DNA of 64,000 nt from Ostrea edulis. Taxonomy: Eukaryota. The notes beneath the pieces are model-generated. The model did no database searches. It was given only the letters and a program-made list of their open reading frames with translations, and was not told where the DNA came from. Each line of letters begins with the position of its first letter. Position 1 is the first letter of the stretch. Made by a program: the position numbers and the translations under genes. Of the stretch, positions 25,805-37,200 are shown piece by piece. Where the stretch lies: contig NC_079164.1 of the NCBI RefSeq assembly GCF_947568905.1, positions 77,438,001 to 77,502,000 of the forward strand. Direction: 5' to 3'.

Positions 25805-26095
25805 GCTTTTTGTTTATTGTTTAGTTGAGAATATTTCAATCACTTGCTGTAGGTGAATTTAATGCCACAAATTTTGACCCAATTGCATGACCCACAGGGC
25901 CAAATTAGTGCAAGTTCTTCAATGTGCCAATGTTTAATGTGATACAGGATATTAGTTTTTAAGGTCATATTCAAAAGACCTGGCCTACGACTTGCCCTCT
26001 AATGCTGACCACTAAAGTGTTGAAGGAACAGTCACTTACCAATGTAATAGATCAGAATTTAACCTGGGATCTCTTGGTTGTGAAGCCAACACTAC
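25805..26095 (-). mobile_element. Old, highly decayed SINE copy
   Basis: Colinear remnants (GAGAATATTTCA, AAATTTTGACCC, TTTTAAGGTCATATTCAAAAGACC, GAAGGAACAGTCAC) of the 1867-2204 SINE. Confidence 0.4.
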
Positions 26096-28266
26096 TGCAG
26101 TTGTGTCGTGATAAGCATAGTCTAATTAAAATTAGCCCCTAAATTTTATTATTTGTTATGCCATAGGAAACGTAGGGGCTAATTCTAATACACCGGTTTT
26201 GAGATACACCAGAGTTATTTCCTTTTGGAGAACTCTCGTATATAGTGAGGCGCGAAACAATTTCTTTACACGCGGGAGTGGGACTAATATTCATCACTGC
26301 ATAAGTGAATATACCCAGTAAGTTTCTCATACACTGTTTGATCACCCGAATTCGACTGATACACAAACTAAGTAAGTTATAAGTATTTAGGGAGTAATTA
26401 AATACATAGAATTCTTATCATATGTTATTTCGTTGGTCATAAGTACCATATCTAAGATTACTTGCAAATATGACATTGTTTTTGTCTCCACTTTAGTAAA
26501 ACATTTCTTTCGATAGTATTTTGTATTTCCCACATTTACATATTAAAAGAGAAGCAGCTTTTAATACATTTCATCGTCTTCCTTGCTGACTGTAGGTCCA
26601 CTCTGTCCCACTTAGTCATTCAAAGTTCTGCTAAATGCAACTCCTACACAGAAGAGTTCATATCTCGAAACTGGCGTATTAGACTGCATGGTGATAAGCA
26701 GTGTAGGAAATCAATGATATTGCATATATATGCATTTTTTCTTCCACTATTTCATACTATTTAACAGCAATGCCTATATCCTTGTGATCACGACCAATCA
26801 CAGTGATACAATATATTTCTTTTTTTCATACTTTGTGTAGCTTTTGAGATGTTTGGTATACCCCCCCCCCCCCCCCCCCCAACATTATAGATAATTTTTT
26901 ATACACCAGTGATGCAATTTGTATCAGTAATGAATGCTTAACATTATGGTTGATATATATATATATGATACAATTAAGTTTTTCAGATAATTGATAAAAA
27001 CAAAAAATTGAAATTTGTAAAATGATACGTGAACATTTCAAACTTTTTGTTTTAAAAATCAAAAGTGAGTAACTCAGTAATCCTTTTATTAGATATTTTT
27101 GTAGCTTCACTTGGATGTGAGTTAAATTATTTACATTTATGGCTGATAACTGAAACAATAGTTTTAAGCGCTTAAAACCGTTGATTAATCATACTCATCA
27201 AGGGAAGTACATTTAATTTAATTCTCCTAATCTACTTAAATTCTCTCAGGTCTATATATATATATCTTGTCAATCAAAAGGACTATAAACAACAAGGTCA
27301 AGGTCGTCATTGGATGACCAGTACTTTCTCTGTTATGTCATTATGTGAACATTATCTTGTACCTTAGCGGAGTTTAGGCTTCTATAAGCTTCTCTTTCAG
27401 CCCAATCCTTATTATGTTTTACATAATGGAATATTGTTTAGGTATAAATCAAAGGGCTACAAGTGCATTATATTTGTGGAGAATTTTCATCCCTAGTGTT
27501 GAGTACTATAGTGATAAACGGTGGCTGACACTCGGTTGGTTAAGGAAGTGCATAGATTTAACAATCTTTTTCTCACAGTTTTGTTTTAAAACACTTGCAT
27601 TTCATCAACTCTACCACTATGGAGAGAATCACCATTCAATGTTTTGTGCAAATACAAACATTGAATGCAAAGGTATTAATGTGCTGTATAAATTACAGAA
27701 ACCCTTTCATACTGGAATCTGCTTTGTTAATCACCAACTTATATAATTTTGACACTCATTTTAAACACATTCATAAAGTCAAGGTTGTCAAGCCTTATGA
27801 TAAATGATACTACAGATCTATAGTTTTAAATAAACTATCTAACAGATTTCACGGAGATCAAGGTTAAATTCAGTTTTGGTCAAGGAAAACTCTTCTTTTG
27901 AAGCAGCGTTACCTGTCACAAGAAACAAACATGTCTGTCGTCATTTTACAATCAGCAAGTGACATCGATATTCTTTTTCTAATTCGTTATGCCGGGATAT
28001 TTTTTGAAGTTTTGGATCAAATAAACATAAACTGCAATCATTGTCTTGTCTGTGCATATCATCACACAAACTTTTTTTTGTATTCATGCTTAGGTAAGTA
28101 TTGAAATTTGATATGCACGCCAGCCATATTTACCAAATATGAATTAATCACCAAAAAATGTAAAAACCACAAAACCACAATAACTGAAGTAGACTAATAT
28201 GAATATAAAGATTTGACAAGGAGTCCACTCTTAGTCAGTAAAGAGTTTGTGGTTTGCTTCACATAG

Positions 28267-28329
28267 ATGATCTCCGAGACTAAACTCAGCATGGATTGAA
28301 CCAAGGAGCCATTAGCCATCAACTCACAG
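28267..28329 (+). other. Candidate non-coding (5' UTR) exon
   Basis: TTTGCTTCACATAG acceptor and CAG|GTAAAT donor flank a 63-bp segment with stops in all three frames. Inference only. Confidence 0.2.
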
Positions 28330-29949
28330 GTAAATAAAGGACCTAGCCCTTAGGTACTCAGGGCTATCTGTCGTTATCTGACATTTTGTTCTGTGTAGAT
28401 TGATGATTTTCTGTGACAACCTCTGATCCGTTTGCCTCTGATTGCAGTTAATGGCAATTTGGATCATTTGTTCTACAATGATAACGGAATCAGCCATAAA
28501 ATATCATATTCAAAATGTGGATGATTATTGACAATGACTGTAATCCTCTTGAATTGATGACTTTTAGAGCACTTTTTTGTTTCCACCTGATACATTTCGC
28601 AAGTTTTATTTGTCTTTCTTTAATGTTTTTAAGTGTTTTCCCAACAGATTGCTTAAAACTCTTTTATTTGCTACATATTGCATGTGTAAAAATTATTGTC
28701 ATCTAGGAACAATGTCTTGAATGCCCCGAGGATTATTCTGTACTAAGGAGAAATTTTACCCAATGTTTATTCTGATACACATCTTGATTGCCATAAATCC
28801 CATGATACATCTCAAAATATCTTAACAGATATTTCAAAATATATTTTCATGTTTCTGAAGGTCTAAAGGAAACAACTTCAAATGAAAACTGCTTTAACTT
28901 CATCCAAATATCAAACATAACAGTGATTTTATAAGACCCAGTTAGGTCTGAATATCGGCCCTTTCCCCTCCCAAAAATGACCAATTTCCCCCCAATTTAA
29001 CTTGCACTTTTCCCAATAATAAAAACTGGCGCAAAACGTATTTGTTAGAGAATAAGTTCAATGAGAATAGTTTATGAACGACATGACAAAGACGCATCAA
29101 TTCTAGATCATGATGATCGATTTAGAAAGAATAGTCGAAAATTTTAAGAGCTTATAAAGAAAAGAAAGTTAAATATGTAAAATAAAAGAAGAATGTTTGA
29201 TTTCTTGTTTGATATGATATATTTTAATAGCATATTTACAATAATGACTAGGTTTTCCCAATTTGATCAAAATGTTGACAATTTTTCCCAATTCGAAAGG
29301 CACAGAACCCTTTTGAAAAATGTTGAAAAATCACTGCATATTAATGTAAACATTTATAATTGTTTTAAAACATCAGTTCAAACTGAATGATTAAGCTGCA
29401 CTAAGCAGTGTATATATTTCTTGATATGTTTTTCTACCCAAATACTACTCAATCCCACAAGTTGTTCAAATCTATACAGTCAATTTCAACTGAATCTAGT
29501 TCATCAATTCAAACTGATACACAAATACCAAGTAATACCTTTTAATCATTAATGATCTTAATACCATTACACCCTGTGACCTTTTATCTGATGAAATTTT
29601 GTATCTTTTGAACAATCCTGCAATTTGTATTACAAGAATTATTCCAATCATGTTCCAACCTAAGGAGCAATATAAGCATTCTACCACTCAATAGTTACAC
29701 TTCTGAACAGAAATTAAACCACAAAAAATACACACAAGTGATCTCACAAAATCTCAAGTGCTGCTACTTCAGAAGGGAGAAGAAGTGCTTTGGATAGATT
29801 CCATTAATTTTTGTGTGACCATCCTTGTGGAGTTTCCCACCGACAGATGCAGTACTTGTTATTTCTTTTGTCTTCACTTTCTTTCAATTCTTCATAAATA
29901 AGTGCATCATTAGTTTAGTTTCCTTGCAATACCACGCCTTCTGTTTCAG

Positions 29950-30027
29950 CTGCATCTGCTGAGGATGATATAACGTAGTAAAACAACAAATAGGGCTACA
30001 GAAGCTCTGTTGATCAGCCTCCACAAG
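29950..30027 (+). other. Candidate non-coding (5' UTR) exon
   Basis: CCTTCTGTTTCAG acceptor and AAG|GTAATC donor flank a 78-bp segment. Inference only. Confidence 0.25.
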
Positions 30028-31677
30028 GTAATCGAAAACTCCTGTTCCTTAAGAAATTAAAATACCAATAAATCAGAACAGATAAATCAACTGAAATAAT
30101 TGTGAAAAAAAGGTAAAATTGGGTGAAATTAGACACTGGTTCAGACCAATGGAGAGGTTACATCCTCATCCAACGGCTGAATCTCTAGTGGTGGCAGGTA
30201 ATTGGTCAATTTTCAGCAGACCTGTGCTAATGACTGCCCAATCAGAAAATCTATGCTAAAATGACAAAGGTTTGATTTCTGACGTCAATCAGTCTGCAAC
30301 TGAATTTACAATAATAAGGTTTACCAAAGGGCTTTGTGTATGTGATGCCACAAAACAACAAACAGTACAAGTAAACATTTCTTGGAATATATTCTCTTTG
30401 TGAACTATCAAACACGTTTTAATTCTTGAACATGAAATCTTCTTGACTCCAAGAAATTAGAAGGAAAAAATGTCTTGAAATAAAAAACATATATACTTCA
30501 TTTACCGATCCTGTTTTTCTCCCCCAAATACTATTCAATGTGAGTAGTATGCTTTCTTCCTAAGATAAGAGCATTGTGAGGTAATGCCAGGATTTGGGTT
30601 AAGCGAATGGAAGATGAAAAAAGCTGTGAAACAACATGAAATGGATAATATCTTATTATATTCGTAATAAATCAAACATGATTGTTTATATAAAAATTTG
30701 AACAGTGCACATGTCCTAAGATAAATATAGTAAAACTAGTAAACAACTTATAGAGGATATTGTCAGTGAAAACTGGTTATAAATGACACTACACTGCAAA
30801 ACCAGTTTAACATTATAAAGTATATTGATCCTATACTCTGCCTTTGTTGTCAAGTTCTGTTTAAGGTGATGGATTTTAGATTATTTTACTAAGTGAAATG
30901 GTCACACTCTCCAGACTGAAAAATCTGTTGGGTGTTACATTCCACAACTTCTACTCCACAAAACAACCTGTTGGGTGTTTTTACATAGCCAAACAATTTG
31001 TTGGGTGTTACATCTTATATCTTACACTTACTGGTATAAGTATATGTTGATAAATTTTTCTCCAGTACCAAAAGATTTATTTGGTGCTGAACGAAGTGAG
31101 TGTCTAAATCGAGTGGCGAGAGAAAAGTTTAACAATGTAACTTAATTGGTACATGTTTCGCAGGAGTAATTAAACTCTTTGTGGTTTCTGTTTAACTTTT
31201 CATGACTCTTCTGTATTTCTTATCCTTTAATTAAAATCATCAGAAGTTATCTTGATTGGTGCATATTCTGTGAGTTAGATTTCTGGGTGTGTCACTTTGT
31301 GAACGAAACCCCGAAAACAAAATGGTGAGTATACACTCTTTATGCTATTTTAATGAAGTGTTAGTGAAGGCCCAATGGGGCAAACTGGAGACTTCAAGAG
31401 AGAGAGAAAGTGAAAGAGAGATCCTAACTGGAGTACCGATTTATATATCACTTTATCAGCAAAATTGATCTCTTAATGCTTCTGTTGGTTGTCCAGGCAA
31501 CCCAAACATTTACTAATGCTTGTGTGTGTGTTTTTTTTAAAAAAAATTCAATGTTTACTCAGTAAGTGCAAACACTATGTTCATGGAGCATGTCACTCTG
31601 TTCTTGAATACTACCAATCATTGATAATTATTGGTTTAATACACATTTTTGCGCCATTTGGAGAAGTGTTGGTGAAG

Positions 31678-31708
31678 ATTGGTTGTATATTGTTTAACGT
31701 CCCTCTCA

Positions 31709-31741
<33 letters not shown>

Positions 31742-31929
31742 GCTGGTGAAGGGCTGCAAAATTTAGACCAATGCTCAGCGCTTCTGGCCTTTGAGCAGGG
31801 AGGGATCTTTATCGTGCCATACCTGCTGTAACACGGGGCCTCAGTTTTTGCGGTCTCATCCGAAGGATGTCACCTCTTACAACAAGCAAGGGGTACTGAG
31901 GACCTATTCTAACCCGGATCCCAATGGGA
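31678..31929 (-). mobile_element. 252-bp retroposon with SINE-type body and non-tRNA head
   Basis: Central and 3' parts align with the 1867-2204 SINE. The 5' part is TCCCATTGGGATCCGGGTTAGAATAGGTCCTCAGTACCCCTTGCTTGTTGTAAGAGGTGAC with no A/B boxes. 11-bp TSD TGTTGGTGAAG at 31667-31677 and 31930-31940. Confidence 0.82.
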
Positions 31930-32862
31930 TGTTGGTGAAGGAAAATTATGAAAATTAAGTTCTTTTTCCATTGACAGTGCAGTTAAGGCAAGGTCCATTT
32001 GTGCTCTGTCATGTAAGTGTGCAGTATGTTTTGTGTTAGAGTATGTAGAAGTACAGGTGTCGTCTCCTGTGGCAGCTAGCTGGTGGAGGGTTGTATTGTG
32101 CTAGTCAAACGTGGGTAGCATGTAGATGATCAACATACTCTATAGGAAATCCCCATCTTAATTATCACAGTCACAACACACTCTGTTCCTCATCTCTGGG
32201 TTTGAGAACAAAATTGAGTTGTCACTTTCCGCAAAGCATGACATCTTCGTACACTTTCAGTCTTTCACAATGTCTCAAGGTGTTATATATACAATCAAGA
32301 AAAAACTTGAAATTTCCAACAACAAAAAACCGAATTAAGATTTCTTTTAAAAAGCAATTTCATTGGCTAACAAAAAGGTAGCTCTCCTTGTATAGTGAAC
32401 TGCGTGAGTGGAAAGGATCCAAAGATTTTTAGACTGTGTTGGGTGTTGCATTCCATAACTTTTATTTCACAAAACAGTTAATTTTGTTGTGTTTTACATT
32501 CCATAATGTTTACTTAAAAACAACAACAACTCAGTTCTGTTTAAGGAGGTATACTACATCGTCATAATGGCTGACTTCCAATTCAAACTTGAATGAAAAT
32601 ATAAATATCAGAATTTGTTATTATATCAATTGCTAAACTATCGATCGCAGGTTCAAGTACAGCAGGGTTTTTAAATTTTCCCCCCCAGATTACTTTCTAC
32701 TAAAACTGCATTTTTTGACTAAATAAAGTAAGTTTGAAAAATTTCAATTAAAAAAAAATTGTATATGTCCTCTACTTTCCATCCACATCAAATTTCTCTC
32801 GTGTAACATTCCCCTTTAAGCCATCCATTCACAAGCTGCCAAATTTTTCTTTTGGGACAGAC

Positions 32863-32875
32863 CCCCCCCCCCCCC

Positions 32876-32916
<41 letters not shown>
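32863..32916. repeat. Poly-C followed by (GA)n microsatellite
   Basis: C run then about 19 AG dinucleotides, read directly. Confidence 0.9.
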
Positions 32917-32922
<6 letters not shown>

Positions 32923-33732
32923 GAGTGAGTGTACATTTGGCTTTAAATCCCATTCAAGAGTTTTTGACTTGTATTCTAAGTGCCACAAATATGACCTACG
33001 AATGTACTAATTAAGGCTGTAGCAGCAAGGTTTCTTTATCATGTCAATGCCTACTGTGATCTTTGTTTTTAAGGTAGCTCCATCCTCATGTGACTTAATT
33101 ACCAATATTAATGGTTGAAAGTGGAAAAACTGTATTAACTTCCACTCAATATAGTTTGATTTGATTAATAACCAAAAAAAATGTTGCCACCTTTTAAAAG
33201 ATATCAGACATACAAAAACAGTCTGAGAGGTAACATCAGAAAATCACACATTTTCGTAATACAGAATAATAGAAATAGATTTTATCTATTTGTTAAGATG
33301 ACAAATTTATAATGCCAACAGTTTATAAAAACTGCCAATTCATATAAACATATAAATCAATTGTGGATACATGTATATCAGGGAAATCATTGAATAATAG
33401 ACTTACAGTAGAAGAAATACCAGCATAGGAGTTATTGCCCTTGATAACATCTATGGAAAATATAATTTAAATTACCAGATTTTTTATTTTTTAATCTAGT
33501 GAGTAAAATTCCTATGAAAAATATATTTCTTTCATGCCAAAGTTTAATTTAATAAAGATTTTTGCAAAAACCCATGACATCACATGGGGATCGATCATAA
33601 CAAAAAACTTGGTAAAGGAATAATCACAACCTATGTTAAATATTGCAAGTTTGACATGGCATCAAGATCAAGAATCAAACCTCGTTGCAAGGCAAGCACC
33701 CTTATAACCACTAGGCTGTATATTTTGCCTAT

Positions 33733-34224
33733 CACTGGTATTAAACTGATGATAGTAATGATCGTTACTATCATCCCAAGATGGTGGAAGGAAATTCCGG
33801 AAAGACCACGTTTACTTCTTATATCTATTTGTATTGTTTATTTGCGAATGATATGTAGGCAAGAAATATCATACACTAGCAACAATTACGATCAGGTGTT
33901 ATTTTATCTTTTATACAGTTCATATGAACAGAAAATTCGTAGTAATGAAAGTTCTTACGTTAATTACTATCATCATTCATTTCCGTTACTATCATCCTTG
34001 CTGTTTTTTCAACGACGAATTTTCTGTTCATATGAACTGTATAAAAGATAAAATAACACCTATAATCGTAATTGTTGCTAGTGTATGATATTTCTTACCT
34101 ACATATCATTCACAAATAAACAATACAAATAGATATAAGAAGTAAACGTGGTCTTTCCGGAATTTCCTTCCACCATCTTGGGATGATAGTAACGATCGTT
34201 ACTACCATCAGTTTAATACCGGTG
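33733..34224. mobile_element. 492-bp foldback MITE with ~210-bp TIRs, CAC...GTG ends and 5-bp TSD
   Basis: Arm 33733-33940 is the near-perfect reverse complement of 34015-34224 (few substitutions, one 2-bp indel), with a 74-bp spacer. CCTAT lies at 33728-32 and 34225-29. Confidence 0.88.
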
Positions 34225-37200
34225 CCTATAGAGATTAAAAGAGTAAACATAAGATATATGATTAATATATGTAGCAGGTGAATCAAGAGGGCTAGGTGTT
34301 TTATGATGGGTCCTATCTGTAACACTTTTTAAAACATTCCTTTTTCCCCAATTCCCAACTTTCTAAAAATGTCCAAATCATTAGCATTCACTAAATTTGT
34401 AGGAGTTAGAATGTATCTATAATAATAATGATACATTGTAATAGCCTTTATTTATCCAGGATAACACAAATTAGCATATAGCTAGTTTCCATTCTGGTCC
34501 TGCAGTACTATAAAAGTATCTAAAACATTATATAACACAATACTAATTACATGTCAATGCATGAATTCAAGGGGAAAGCAATGCCTATCAAATGTGAAAG
34601 GAAGCTAGAACTTGCATGACCTCTGTTGGTCATATTCACTGAAACTGATACTCCAATGACAGAGAATTTAGGTATTATACCTACTACTACTGGTATGTCA
34701 ATCATTTAAAGCATTACCGGAGCCTCCCACACACAAACTCTCTGTTCAAAATAATATCAGCTGAATATGAAATGATAGCCTGACTCGTGGTTCTTTCAAT
34801 AACTGGAAATATAATCTTGTTTTGAGGCATAATTCCAAATCACATGTGTTAGCTTTTTTTTCACCCCTAAGATTAACAGGGTATTTTAATATCTTTCTCA
34901 AGAACAATAGCCAGCTAGCGCAAGACCACAAAAATGGCACAACAGGAGCTTCATTCATAAGTGTGTATTATCCAACCAAATCAACGTGAACTATCCTAAA
35001 TTAACCAATCAAATTAACGGAAGCAACAAAGAGGCTGTTTGGCTCCTCCTACTTATGACACAGACTTCTAAAATGGCTAATTGATCTGTAGATCATCTCT
35101 ATACCAACTTATATCAACTGGTGAACTTGTTTCTAAATTCACTACAATAGCAGCATGTTACAGAATAAAGTGATTACACTGTGACTTAACTAAAATAAAA
35201 CGCTTCAAAGGAAAATACTTATAACGGTTCTTTTAACTCAATTTACACAAAGGTAAGTGAAATACTTTGATGTGAAACTTTAGAAAGTGTGACAATTAAA
35301 ATACTATAATCTAAGGAAACATTCCTCTTCTGGATATATATATAAACAGATGTACACACATCAGCAATGAAATCTTGATTTATAACAAAAAAAATATTGA
35401 GTTAAATCACATATTTTTTTTATCAGACGTGAATTAATAATAAAGGTGTAAATTACATTTGCACCCAAAAAACCTTGTATGAGTAAAGTGACTAAGTTGA
35501 AAACACATGCAATAATTGTTAAACAGCCTGTCAAAGTCTGAACAAAATCAGGAGAACTCATGCATGACTCTTTACTTATAATACACCAGGAGAATTTGTC
35601 AGAAAGCAGTGGAAGCCAATTAAGTGTATTGTTAAAGTAAAGCAAAATTATCCCTCGGCACCATGTAATGAAAAACGTTTCTTAATCATATATTTAGCAA
35701 AGTTAGCTGTTAAAGCGGAGGAGCAATTGAGAATTCAATCTTTAAAAAAAATTTGAATTTTCAATCCAAGTTCTTGATGTACTGATTATCAGCACCATAC
35801 TCAGTATCTAGGCAGGTCCAAGAAAACTAATTACCTGACTTGTTTAATCAATTGGACAGGCAATCAGCTTTATAGAGACTATATTTTCCAATACCCATGC
35901 AGTGTGAGTGATGTGCAAAATAATCATCATCCTGCAGTCTCTACTAATTTGTATTCTGGTAATGTACACAAAATTGTACAGTCCCCAATTATAGTCAAAC
36001 TCTCCTCGGGGGAAATCATTCTATTGATAATTAACTTAATTGTATTGCTTTGGATTTAAACAAATATTTTATCATCATCATATTGCAAAATTCAAATAAA
36101 ATCCTCTGGAAAAACCACAATCAAGAAAATTAATGGATGAGTTCTTCAAAACCATTGGGGGTCAAATACTGGATACAAAAATTTGATTCCCAATTGAGCT
36201 TAAATAAAAAGAAGGTGAAAAAAGTTTACACAAAAATTTTGATGCTTAGGGTTGATGGATTTGAAATGCAAAGACAGAGTTAATAAGATAAATATACGTG
36301 TCCCATGTGCTATACAGTTTTCCATTATGTGTACCAATGAAAAGGCTTTGTCACAAGGATTATATTTACTAAATATGAAAATCTCTATACTAACATTTAA
36401 AAAGTTAAACACAATGTTAATGAATTCCATGTGTGGGTCGATGTCAAGGTCAGTGTTATGAAATGTGGCAATGATGGAAAAACTTATCAAATCCCTCTCC
36501 CTAACAGTTATATGCAATAGCAAAGAGAGGATCTTTGCATGATATACCAGTATAAGTATACTCACGTTAAAACACCAGTCAAACGTAGAAACACCCCTCA
36601 ATGCAAGGTGGCAGAGACATTTATTTCAATAGACAATAAATCTTCTCTTTATTTCCTTCTAAGAGAGTTTCAGAAACTGAACCTCCTTATGATGACAGTT
36701 TTAGCAGCAGTTTTGTATAACAAGTTACAGCCATCACAGTTGTTCTGATTTTCTGACACTAACAATACATGGCAGCCAAATTCTACTCACATAAAAATAT
36801 CAGAATGTTGGTTTTTTGTTTGTGGGTTGTTTTTTTTCTTCTTTCTTTTCTTTTATTTTTAAGGATTCCACCAATATCTGGGTTTGTATGATAAAGAGAT
36901 TTGACATATAATACCAGAACCACTTTCTCTCTTTGAATGTATACACCCTGGGTTTCAATTATCAATAACCCAGGTCAGTTTCTGTAATCATCTCATTTTC
37001 TCAGGACTTGGGGATAATTAAAAAGGAGGAGTGCTTACAGCCTGCATATGTAGATCACTGGCCAGTATTTAATGAGTGTGTGTATACTATAATACAATGG
37101 TTCACCTATAGGTATCTGAGATACACAGGGCTAATTATCAGAGGAAACATTTGTGGAGGAGGCAAACCCTGCCAAAATACCCCCTGAAGACTACCACATA

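Noticed and set aside
32546-32760. Kolobok/piggyBac-like MITE starting TTAAGGAGGTATACTAC
   Set aside because: Only one putative end is visible, with no matching inverted terminus, so it cannot be supported as an element.
33584-34325. 155-aa and 71-aa ORFs sharing the peptide IIPRWWKEIPERPRLLLISICIVYL
   Set aside because: The shared peptide is just the two arms of the foldback element read on opposite strands, and there is no domain signature.
36200-36748. 133-aa minus-strand ORF and overlapping plus-strand ORFs
   Set aside because: AT-rich, low-complexity Ile/Phe/Leu composition with no recognisable motif or convincing splice signals; consistent with chance.
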